A stretch of 64,000 bases of DNA from Candidatus Latescibacterota bacterium. GTDB lineage: Bacteria > Latescibacterota > UBA2968 > UBA8231. This document shows positions 11,456-19,827 of this stretch, in pieces. The stretch covers positions 64,001 to 128,000 of the forward strand of contig OZ242005.1 in NCBI GenBank assembly GCA_965204725.1, written 5' to 3'. The notes beneath the pieces are model-generated. The model had not been told where the DNA came from, ran no database searches, and saw only the letters and a program-made list of their open reading frames with translations. How positions within the stretch are numbered: the first letter of the stretch is position 1; every line of letters starts with the position of its first letter. The translations under genes and the position numbers were made by a program.

Positions 11456-11941
11456 TTGACACCAAGCGCATCTTCTCGTTCAATCAAGTTTATCGAGAAA
11501 GCGGGCACTGGCATTCGCCGCATTCGGGACGAGGCACGGGAACAAGGCTGCCTAGAACCGGAATTCGAGTTTGACAACTTCACGCCCGTCACCTTCCGTC
11601 CCAATCCAGAGGTCCGGCCAGACGCAGATACAGAGGGCTATCGAGTCGCCGAGCAAGCGACCGGACAAGTCACCCCCCAAGATACCCCCCAAGATGCCGG
11701 AATAGCACGTCTATTAGAGGCCATATCGGGTGAGATGAACAGGAGACAACTCCAAAACGCCTTGGGCCTGAAGGATACCAAACACATCCGCAAGACCTAC
11801 CTACTCCCCGCCCTGCAAGCCGGCCTAATCGAAATGACCATCCCGGACAAGCCGCGCAGCAGCAAGCAGTGCTATCGCCTGACGCCGGCGGGACGCGACT
11901 ATTTGCACAAATCTAAAGGATGGGATCGTGGCAAAAACTGA
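11456..11941 (+). pseudogene. C-terminal fragment of a RecG-C-like ATP-binding / HTH protein
   Basis: Starts mid-domain (IEKAGTGIRRI); ends LIEMTIPDKPRSSKQCYRLT; no convincing start or RBS. Confidence 0.65.
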
Positions 11942-11993
11942 GCCTCACTACCTCGCGCTTGGAAAGAGGAGGGCCGACGCTGATGGCGGCCCG

Positions 11994-14900
11994 TTAGCCA
12001 CTACCTAGCCCCTGTGGTTGCTCCACCCCCGTCTCCCGCGCCAACTTCTCGCCCTCAATCAAGTATTCTTCCCGCATCTCGGGCGCAATCGTCCGCCAGA
12101 CCAAGAAGCGCTTGCGTAGCACGTTGAGGAAGCTGGTGTTGAGCCGCTGCCAACTCACCACATCGCCGCTTACGCGCTGCAAGTGCATCTCAATGCGGTA
12201 AATGCCCGGAATGTCGTCGGTCGGCAAGGTGCGTAAAAACACCCGCTGACTCACGCCCAAGTCGTAGGGCGCGAGCCATACCATCAGTTCCAGCAGATAG
12301 ACCGGCTGTGCGCCGCCCTGTTCCATGTGGAAATCCACGCCCTCGGTCATAAAGTCGCCCACCGATCCCTCGCCATAGGACGAGAAAACCCGGTGCAAGT
12401 ACGCGCACGATCCCAACGCATCGCCCTTGCCCAACGTAAAGGGAAAGTCAAAGCGCCAGTCGTCGCCATCGGGCGGGGGAAACTCCCAGCGCCGCGTCAC
12501 GTCGGGCACGGCCATGGCCGCGGCCTTGCGCGCCGGATACAGGGTCGAGAGCACCACCACCACCATCACGATCAAGGTCGAAAAAATCGCCGACAGCGAC
12601 GAGTAGTTGAGAAACATCCCGCCCAAGAGCGCGTAGTGCGCCAGCAGCAGCGTCGTCGTCTGTCCCACCAAATAGCCCAGCACCGCGCCGACAATGGCAA
12701 ACACGAGGGCCTCGGCAATGAAGAGCGAGGCAATGTGGCTCGGCGCCAGCCCCACCGACGAATACACCCCGATCTCGCCGGAGCGCTCGTACACCGCCCC
12801 GAGCATGGTGTTGAGCACAATGAGCGAGGCGATCAACAAGGGCACGAAGAGATTGCCAATCCCGGCTAAGGACGCCGACCCCATCGACGTGTACACCCGC
12901 ACGCGGTCGCCCGCCCCGACAAAGAGCGGCACGGCCACCCGCGACACAAATTCCTCCACCTCGGCGAGCAAGGTCTCCCGATCGGCAAAACCGGCGATGG
13001 CAATGGAGCGCAGCGTCCCCCCCAAATCGACGACCTGCTGGTACGGCAAGAACGCCACGTTGTTGGCCAGCAGGTGGGTAAAGGTCTCAATCGCGGCCGT
13101 GTCCATCAGGCGCGGGTCTAAGCCGGCCATTTCCTCCATCTTCTTGGCCTCGGCGACCGTATCGACCGGCATCGGACTCTCGTTGTCCAAGTCGCGCAGC
13201 CGGTCGATGGCCTCGCCGTCGATCAAGCCAATGACCCGATAGGACTGCCCCATCAGACCAATGTGGGCCGTGCCCACATCCTCCGGGCCGATGCCCAAGA
13301 TCGCCGCCATGGCGACCGGCAGGATGCACACGTCGCGCTCGCCGGCCGCAAACCAGCGGCTCGCCGGTCCCACCAACCGCTCTGCTAGCCCCATCAGCGC
13401 CCCCTCGCCCGGGGTCACCCCGAGGAGGGCCGAGGCAAAGCTCTTTTTTTGCGCCGACTTGTGTTCAATGTCGATATAGGCCCGCTCGCCAATGACCTTG
13501 GAGGTCACCCACGACCTCGGCAGCACCTGCGCTCGGTCGCCAAAGGCGCTCTCCGCATAATCGAGCACCGATAGCTGCAAGCCCTTCCAACCGCGGTCGC
13601 GCAGCAGGGCGCCCTCGTAGCTGGGCGCATTCGAGCGGGGGATCTGATAGAACTTGAGATAGCTCTGCACCGAGGTGAAGGCTTGGGCGGTAAAGGTCAA
13701 AAGCGTCAGGGTGATCACCGTCAGGGCGGTGCGCAACTTGCGCTTGCGGAGGTTGGAAATCCCCAGCGACGCGGCCGCGGCCGTGGCACTGAGGCGACCG
13801 ATGTCCGCTTCGTGGACGCCGGCTGCGGCCCGCTTGCGCTGACCAACGGCGCGGGTAAAGCGGCCCAGAATCATCAGCAGCGCGGTGCCGCCGATGGCGA
13901 AGATGACAAAGGCCAAAAAGATGATGTACGGCGACGAACTCAGCTTAAAGGCCGGGTGGATAAAGCGCATGACGAGGAAGATCGCCAAAAAGAAAAACGC
14001 CGCGCCGGCCACTTGCCGGCGGATGTCGGCAAAGCCGAAGAACAGCCGCTCGCAGCAAAACGAAAACGGCAGCAGCAGCGCGAAGTAAAAGATCACCCCA
14101 TAGACCGTATCGTCCGCGGTCGATTTGATGTCTGGGTAGCCCCGCCCTTCGAGGCCCCACGCCTTGCGCGTGGCCCGCTTGAACTCGCTGTACCGCCGCG
14201 CCTGCAAGTGCTCTTCGGCCTCCAACAAAGCCAAGCGCGCCTCTTCGTGCAGGCGCATGAACTTGTCGTTGCGCACCCCGTAGCGCGCCAACTGCTTGAT
14301 CCGCACGTCGTCGAGGACCCATAAGTCTTGCGCGGCCGCGTACCCAGGGCGCAAGACCACGCCTTGATCCACGAGATAGCCGCGCCCGAGGGCCTGCTTG
14401 ATGGTCTGCTCATCCACGTCGGCCGGGCGCACCGGCTCGGCCACCCATTCGGCCGGCGCGCCGCTCAGCAGGTAGCGCACGCCGAACAGGCTCGTGCTCA
14501 TCAGGGCTTTGACCCGAGTGCCGGGCCGGGCGTACACCACCGCAGCGAGGGTTACTTTGCCCTCCTCATTGCTCTGCTTTTCGACGAAATCGGCCCCCCA
14601 CGACTGGGGCACGCCGTCGCGCTCGTCGAGGACGGTCACGTGGTCCAAGACCGACAGGTAGCGCGAGTCCACGGTCTCAAACAGACTCAACGCTCGGCAT
14701 TCAAAGAGCACTTGCAGCATCTCGTTTTCCCACCAGCCCCACGGATGCACGGTCGGGTACGTCTCGTCGCCTTCTTGGCCCAAGTCCGGCGCGGAAATAA
14801 TCGCCCCGTAGGGATCGAGCTCGTACGCGCGGATGGTGTTGTCCAGCTTGTTGCGCATGATGTCGAAGTGGAAGCGGCCCGCGTCGTCGGCCTCTTGCGC

Positions 14901-16616
14901 GATCAAGGTGCGGACCCCGCCGACCGAGTTCGGCCCGAGCTGCTGATAGGTCACCAGCGCTTGCGGCACCGGCTTTTTGGGCACGGCAAAATTGACGTCG
15001 CGGTCAAACCAATAGATCGCGCCCGACAAGCTGTGACCGTAGTCTTCCAACTCCAACTTGGTCGGCTTGAGCAGCTCGGCGTCGCGGCCAGCCCACGCCA
15101 GCATGGCCGCGAGCGTCTGGATCTGCCGAGTGAGGTTGGCGGTATCTACGGCCTCCGGCAGGTCGAGCGGCGTGTCGATCCGCTCGCGCGCATCGTTGGC
15201 CGTCGCGAGGGCGAGGGCCTTGTAGCCGACGAAGGCGGCAGCCTCGCTGGCAAAGGCGAGCGGGATGGGCATGAAGTTTTTCCACGTGCGCTTGGGCGGG
15301 GCAATGCCCTCGTAGTGGCGCGTGGTGTCGCCAAAGGTCTCTTCAACCGCAAGGCTCAGCCGCTTGGAATAGGGCGTCAACATGTATTTGACGTAGTTGT
15401 CGGTGCGCCACTTGGGATTGTAGAAGGTGCCCATCCCAAAGCTGGCCGTGCGGTCGGCGTGGCTCGACAGGTCCAGCGATAGCATTAGGTCGAAGTCAAT
15501 GCGCTCGGCCGCGCTCATGCGCTCGCGGAAGTAGTCGCTGCGGCGGCTGTGCCGGTAGAGGAAATCGTTGATCCCGGACAGGCCCTCAAAGTGCCCGGAG
15601 GTCGCCAAAAAGAGCACCGAGTAGTGCGGGCGGTGCGCTTGGAGCAGCTCCACGAGCTGGAGCAGGGCGACGATCCCAGCCGCGTTTTCCGCGCCGGGGG
15701 CGAGGGCCGGCACGACCGAGATGGCGTCGTAATAGGCTTGGATGACGATGGTTTGGTCCTTCCACGCCTGCGGCTTTTCGCGGCTCTTGGCTGGCAGCAT
15801 CTGGGGCGACCCGGGCAGGTAGCCATACACGTTGTGCGCTTCCACGCCTTCCCAATCCATCCGCGCTTGGACGTGGACAGCGACCGGCCCGTCTTGGAGG
15901 CGCGCCAACAGGTCGAGCGCGTCTTGCCGCGCAAGCCAAAATCGCGGGATGTCAACCGGCACCTTGAGAAACTTGTCGGCGGCCTGCTCGCGGTTGACGC
16001 CGCCGTTGTCAAAGAAAACAATGGCCTTGGCTCCCAGCGATGCGGCGTGGAGGTAATTTTGGCCGCTGGCAAAGTCCAAGAGCACGACGCTGCCCTGCAC
16101 GGGCTGACCATCCAATGATTCAAGGACGCCTTGACTGCCGTAGATCAAGGGGCCGCGCACGCCGTCTGGCCCGAGTGAGGGTGTGCGTACGCCATTGGGC
16201 CACAAGCAGTAGAGCCGTTTGCGGTCGCCGCCTTGCACCACCAGTTCGCCGCCGCGATCGAGCGGCACGGCCACCTTAAATGCCTCGCTCTGTACGTCCT
16301 CCAGCCCTAGTGCCTCAAACCGCTGGCGCACGTAGTCGCGGGCCTGTCGCTCCCCGGCATAACCCGGCACCCGCGACCCAAAGGCCGCAAAGCGCTCGAT
16401 CTCAGCGGCAATGTCTGCCTCGTCCACGCCAGCGACTAGGGCGCGAAGCTGGGCGGCTTGGGCGGGATCCACCATCCGCGCTTCTACGGGCGGGTTGGGA
16501 GCCCAGCCAAAGAAATCGTTCACCGCCCGATTGACGGCACCCGGATCGCCCAAACCGACGACCGCAATCATGGCAGCGGCGAACAGCAAGAAAAACGCAT
16601 TGAGTAGTTTGGCCAT
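11994..16616 (-). CDS. Large membrane protein: M28-peptidase-like + FtsX/MacB-like permease fusion
   Basis: N-terminal SRVPGYAGE, PA-like insert and M28 fold motifs; NLRKRKLRTALT; ERSGEIGVYSSVGLAP and LYPARKAA (FtsX-type); multiple TM segments. Confidence 0.8.
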   Translation of the reverse strand: MAKLLNAFFLLFAAAMIAVVGLGDPGAVNRAVNDFFGWAPNPPVEARMVDPAQAAQLRALVAGVDEADIAAEIERFAAFGSRVPGYAGERQARDYVRQRFEALGLEDVQSEAFKVAVPLDRGGELVVQGGDRKRLYCLWPNGVRTPSLGPDGVRGPLIYGSQGVLESLDGQPVQGSVVLLDFASGQNYLHAASLGAKAIVFFDNGGVNREQAADKFLKVPVDIPRFWLARQDALDLLARLQDGPVAVHVQARMDWEGVEAHNVYGYLPGSPQMLPAKSREKPQAWKDQTIVIQAYYDAISVVPALAPGAENAAGIVALLQLVELLQAHRPHYSVLFLATSGHFEGLSGINDFLYRHSRRSDYFRERMSAAERIDFDLMLSLDLSSHADRTASFGMGTFYNPKWRTDNYVKYMLTPYSKRLSLAVEETFGDTTRHYEGIAPPKRTWKNFMPIPLAFASEAAAFVGYKALALATANDARERIDTPLDLPEAVDTANLTRQIQTLAAMLAWAGRDAELLKPTKLELEDYGHSLSGAIYWFDRDVNFAVPKKPVPQALVTYQQLGPNSVGGVRTLIAQEADDAGRFHFDIMRNKLDNTIRAYELDPYGAIISAPDLGQEGDETYPTVHPWGWWENEMLQVLFECRALSLFETVDSRYLSVLDHVTVLDERDGVPQSWGADFVEKQSNEEGKVTLAAVVYARPGTRVKALMSTSLFGVRYLLSGAPAEWVAEPVRPADVDEQTIKQALGRGYLVDQGVVLRPGYAAAQDLWVLDDVRIKQLARYGVRNDKFMRLHEEARLALLEAEEHLQARRYSEFKRATRKAWGLEGRGYPDIKSTADDTVYGVIFYFALLLPFSFCCERLFFGFADIRRQVAGAAFFFLAIFLVMRFIHPAFKLSSSPYIIFLAFVIFAIGGTALLMILGRFTRAVGQRKRAAAGVHEADIGRLSATAAAASLGISNLRKRKLRTALTVITLTLLTFTAQAFTSVQSYLKFYQIPRSNAPSYEGALLRDRGWKGLQLSVLDYAESAFGDRAQVLPRSWVTSKVIGERAYIDIEHKSAQKKSFASALLGVTPGEGALMGLAERLVGPASRWFAAGERDVCILPVAMAAILGIGPEDVGTAHIGLMGQSYRVIGLIDGEAIDRLRDLDNESPMPVDTVAEAKKMEEMAGLDPRLMDTAAIETFTHLLANNVAFLPYQQVVDLGGTLRSIAIAGFADRETLLAEVEEFVSRVAVPLFVGAGDRVRVYTSMGSASLAGIGNLFVPLLIASLIVLNTMLGAVYERSGEIGVYSSVGLAPSHIASLFIAEALVFAIVGAVLGYLVGQTTTLLLAHYALLGGMFLNYSSLSAIFSTLIVMVVVVLSTLYPARKAAAMAVPDVTRRWEFPPPDGDDWRFDFPFTLGKGDALGSCAYLHRVFSSYGEGSVGDFMTEGVDFHMEQGGAQPVYLLELMVWLAPYDLGVSQRVFLRTLPTDDIPGIYRIEMHLQRVSGDVVSWQRLNTSFLNVLRKRFLVWRTIAPEMREEYLIEGEKLARETGVEQPQGLGSG

Positions 16617-16743
16617 GGAATTCGCTTTGTCTATAGAAGGGACGAGCGGCTGTCAAGATATGGCATCGACGAGGGAGGTTCAAGCGCGGAAGAAGGCGCG
16701 GCCTTGGCTTGTGATAGCGACTCGACGGAGAAGCCTCTTTTTC

Positions 16744-16776
16744 TTGACATGTAGTATCATTATCGGTATCATACTA
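16744..16776 (+). promoter_or_regulatory. Sigma70-like promoter/operator of hicAB, probably leaderless
   Basis: TTGACA(16744)-17 bp-TATCAT(16767); tagtat/atacta inverted repeat; GTG start 6 nt after the -10 box. Confidence 0.6.
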
Positions 16777-16778
16777 TT

Positions 16779-17027
16779 GTGGCGAGCACGGCGGAAATCC
16801 TCAAAGCGATTCGCAATAATCCGCGAGGGGTGCGGTTTGCGGATCTCGCCAAGGTGTGCGACGCATACTTTGGAGAGCCGCGCCAGAATAGCACCAGCCA
16901 TCGAGTTTACCGAACACCGTGGCGAGGCGATCCACGAGTAAACATCCAAAATGCCAAGGGCATGGCTAAGTCATACCAAGTTCGCCAAGTCATCAAAGCA
17001 ATCGAGAAATTGGAGGACACGCGATGA
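16779..17027 (+). CDS. hicA: HicA-like toxin
   Basis: NPRGVRFADL, STSHRVY, AKSYQVRQV; overlaps hicB start. Confidence 0.82.
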   Translation: MASTAEILKAIRNNPRGVRFADLAKVCDAYFGEPRQNSTSHRVYRTPWRGDPRVNIQNAKGMAKSYQVRQVIKAIEKLEDTR

Positions 17028-17350
17028 GCAACCGCTACACCTATCGCATCACGTGGTCGGCTGAAGACGACGAACATGTGGGTCTATGCGCTGAATTTCC
17101 ATCGCTGAGTTGGCTCGCCCCTACGCCTGATGCGGCGTTGTCCGGCATCCAGCACCTTGTGCGCGAGTGCCTCGCAGACATGTACGCGACTGGAGAAGCC
17201 GCGCCGGAGCCAATAGCGGACCGCAACTATAGCGGGAAGTTCATGGTGCGTTTGCCGCCGGAATCGCACCGCGCCCTCGCCATCCAAGCGGCCGAGCAAG
17301 GGGTGAGCCTGAACCGGCTTGTGAGTGCGCGGATCGCAAACGCGACCTGA
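17024..17350 (+). CDS. hicB: HicB family antitoxin
   Basis: WSAEDDEHVGLCAEFPSLSW; YSGKFMVRLPPESHRALAIQAAEQGVSLN (RHH). Confidence 0.9.
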   Translation: MSNRYTYRITWSAEDDEHVGLCAEFPSLSWLAPTPDAALSGIQHLVRECLADMYATGEAAPEPIADRNYSGKFMVRLPPESHRALAIQAAEQGVSLNRLVSARIANAT

Positions 17351-17440
17351 CGATGCGTTGTATTTGCCGGATCGAAAACAACGGCTGGGAAACATCGAGA
17401 AACCCAGCGTTGGGCACTTGCCAAACAAAAGGAGAGAGAA

Positions 17441-18220
17441 ATGACCCGATTCAAGGTTTGTCTTAGTATGATTTGTCTTGCTGCTTGTATGAATAGTTAC
17501 GCAGAGTCGGGGAATGGGAATGCGTCATCCCATTCCGAACAGGCCGAATGGGGCTACGGCGTCGAGAATGGACCCGCCGTTTGGGGACAGCTTAGCCCCG
17601 AATATGCCCTTTGCGCTGTGGGGACGCACCAATCGCCTATCGATCTGGTGAATCCCACGTCGGCGGAGCTTCCTGCCATCGCCTTCAACTACCAGCCAAC
17701 AGCCCTGCGTATCCAAAACAACGGACACACCGTTGTCGTCGCGTCCTCGAAAGAAAACTGGATTGAGGTGGATAGTACGAGATACGAGTTGCTACAATTC
17801 CACTTTCACGCCCCGAGCGAGCACACCGTGGCCGGCCAGTCGTTTGCTATGGAGATGCACCTCGTTCATCAAAATAAGGATGGCGCGTTGGCGGTCATTG
17901 GGGTGCTCATGGAGCGCGGTAAGGACCACGCCGCATTCAACTCGCTCTGGGCACATCTACCAAGCACCATAGGGGCAGAACAACAGGTTGAGCAGGTTGC
18001 CGTGGAAGCGGACTCCTTGTTGCCGAGCGCAAGGTCTTACTATCGCTACGATGGCTCGTTGACGACTCCGCCCTGCTCAGAAGGGGTCAAATGGTTTGTG
18101 CTGACGACGCCCATTGAATTGTCCGAAGCGCAAATCGCCGCATTTGCCGCTATCGTCCATAGCAACAATCGGCCCGTGCAACCGCTAAATGGACGCCAAC
18201 TCCTCGTCAATGTCCAATGA
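17441..18220 (+). CDS. cah: Periplasmic alpha-carbonic anhydrase
   Basis: Signal peptide; QSPID, NNGHT, QFHFHAPSEH, EMHLVH, GSLTTPPCSEGV, NNRPVQPLN. Confidence 0.95.
   Translation: MTRFKVCLSMICLAACMNSYAESGNGNASSHSEQAEWGYGVENGPAVWGQLSPEYALCAVGTHQSPIDLVNPTSAELPAIAFNYQPTALRIQNNGHTVVVASSKENWIEVDSTRYELLQFHFHAPSEHTVAGQSFAMEMHLVHQNKDGALAVIGVLMERGKDHAAFNSLWAHLPSTIGAEQQVEQVAVEADSLLPSARSYYRYDGSLTTPPCSEGVKWFVLTTPIELSEAQIAAFAAIVHSNNRPVQPLNGRQLLVNVQ
18177..18213 (+). repeat. Direct repeat copy 1 (3' end of carbonic anhydrase gene)
   Basis: 37 bp, 2 mismatches to 19779-19815; last 28 bp identical. Confidence 0.88.
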
Positions 18221-18228
18221 GTAGTGTG

Positions 18229-18489
18229 TTACCTATATATGCTACTACGATGACCGACCTTCACGACATATACAATCAGGTCATCGTCCTCAATGGAGTA
18301 GATGATTCTATAGGCTCCTTGACGTACTCGGTATCTACCCAATCCAGCGAGTTTTTCAACTCCTCGTGGACGAGGATTTTCCGTTAAGGCACGAATCCGA
18401 GCAATGATACGCTGTCGTTGTTTCTTCTGAGGAATCGCTTCGATTTCCCGGACGGCAGAAGGCTTGATCCGAATTTTATAGCTTGCCAC
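18229..18489 (-). CDS. RelE/ParE family toxin
   Basis: ENPRPRGVEKLAG, YRVRQGAYRIIY, VKVGHR. Confidence 0.92.
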   Translation of the reverse strand: MASYKIRIKPSAVREIEAIPQKKQRQRIIARIRALTENPRPRGVEKLAGLGRYRVRQGAYRIIYSIEDDDLIVYVVKVGHRSSIYR

Positions 18490-18709
18490 TGCGCTTGAGA
18501 TCTTCGACGACTTCCTCGAACGACAGATTAGGTTCAGCCTCCCTCTCGTCGAAGGCCCTTAAATCCTCAAAGTCCTCAGTTAGAGCGAGCTTAACTGCAT
18601 CATTGACTAAGGCAGAGATTGACCTATCTGCTTCGGCAGCCTTCAACCGAAGGGCACGGTGAACCGCAGGGTCAAAGTAGATGGTACTTCGTTTGTTCGT
18701 ATTGCTCAT
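18476..18709 (-). CDS. CopG/RHH-type antitoxin
   Basis: RSTIYFDPAVHRALRLKAA...SISALVN; acidic tail; overlaps toxin start. Confidence 0.85.
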   Translation of the reverse strand: MSNTNKRSTIYFDPAVHRALRLKAAEADRSISALVNDAVKLALTEDFEDLRAFDEREAEPNLSFEEVVEDLKRSGKL

Positions 18710-18743
18710 AAAAAAACGATAACCTCACAGTGTTAAACCGAAG

Positions 18744-19409
18744 TCACTTTACTGTCCCTATCTGAATCTCCATCTGATTCATTAATTCCATTAAATTGAC
18801 AAACATATCGTGGGTAATGCACAGCGGCCCTGGGCAGAGGCCCCAATTGAGTTTATTCAGTCCCTTGTATTCGACGGAGATAACGGAATTTTTATGGACA
18901 ATACAATTGCGAATTTGGCGTATGTCTCCCATTAGATCGGCTTCGATCTTATTCTTGTCTGAAACATTTAATTCTTTAGCAATCTCACCGCGATATCGAT
19001 CTTCCCACAGTGCATAGATGGCCACAATCATCCACTTGGCGATCTGATTCGGGAAGTCGCCATCGGGCGCGGATCGATCGAGCACTTCCCCGATGGGCAA
19101 AGACGAGGGAAACGAGCCTTGATGCAAAGTTCCTGTTCCTACACTATATGGTTCACTTAACGGAACAGAGTGCTCTCTTACCAAATTTTTGATAAACTTT
19201 GATCCCTGTTGCAACCCCAAGTACGCTACCTTGTAACACATATAGATCTCTTGACATTCCTTCTGAAAGGAATGCAGGGCCTCAGATTTCAACCGAATAG
19301 ATCGCTCCCAGAAATTCTTCCGCTTAGGGCCAACCTTTCTCACCTGTAAGTTCTTTAAGTCGTACTCGGAACGAAGATCGTCGTCCATGGCGGTTTCAAT
19401 CTTCTTCAT
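18744..19409 (-). CDS. BrnA-like antitoxin N-terminus fused to a putative HEPN domain
   Basis: DDLRSEYDL..L.VRK.GP.R N-terminus overlapping the brnT stop; C-terminal part has IRNCIVH (Rx4H); start moved to ATG 19409. Confidence 0.6.
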   Translation of the reverse strand: MKKIETAMDDDLRSEYDLKNLQVRKVGPKRKNFWERSIRLKSEALHSFQKECQEIYMCYKVAYLGLQQGSKFIKNLVREHSVPLSEPYSVGTGTLHQGSFPSSLPIGEVLDRSAPDGDFPNQIAKWMIVAIYALWEDRYRGEIAKELNVSDKNKIEADLMGDIRQIRNCIVHKNSVISVEYKGLNKLNWGLCPGPLCITHDMFVNLMELMNQMEIQIGTVK

Positions 19410-19668
19410 AGTATTCTCTCTCCCTGCGGGTTGCTGCTCTCGCACTAATCAAACGAGTCTTATGTTCTCTTTCTGTATATGATACGATCAATAGGCGGCT
19501 TTGTTGGGACTCACCAATGATGATATAGCGATCCTCTCTGTCAGAATGGTCGGGATCGTAAAAGTCAATATAGAGTGGATCATTGAAAACGGTTTTTGCT
19601 TCGTCAAACGAAACCTCGTGCTTCAACAGATTAGATTCTGCCTTGGTTTTATCCCACTCGAATTCCAT
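19396..19668 (-). CDS. brnT: BrnT family toxin
   Basis: MEFEWDKTKAESNLLKHEVSF, DPDHS..EDRY, RLISARAAT..E. Confidence 0.92.
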   Translation of the reverse strand: MEFEWDKTKAESNLLKHEVSFDEAKTVFNDPLYIDFYDPDHSDREDRYIIIGESQQSRLLIVSYTEREHKTRLISARAATRREREYYEED

Positions 19669-19778
19669 AGGATAATATCAATAGTATATATACTTTTAAC
19701 CATTTAGTTCGGTCTCGGCCATACAAGCGGCCGGGCAAGTCTTGATATAGGATAGTGTACCGCAGCCACTTATACAAA

Positions 19779-19815
19779 TGCAGCCGATAAATGGACGCCA
19801 ACTCCTCGTCAATGT
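19779..19815 (+). repeat. Direct repeat copy 2 (diverged carbonic anhydrase 3' end)
   Basis: tgcagccgataaatggacgccaactcctcgtcaatgt. Confidence 0.88.
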
Positions 19816-19827
19816 GCCGAATGCTGC

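Noticed and set aside
11942-12010. cactacct repeated near the M28-FtsX stop as a fourth gene-end duplication
   Set aside because: Only 8 bp and it does not bracket the neighbouring gene fragment
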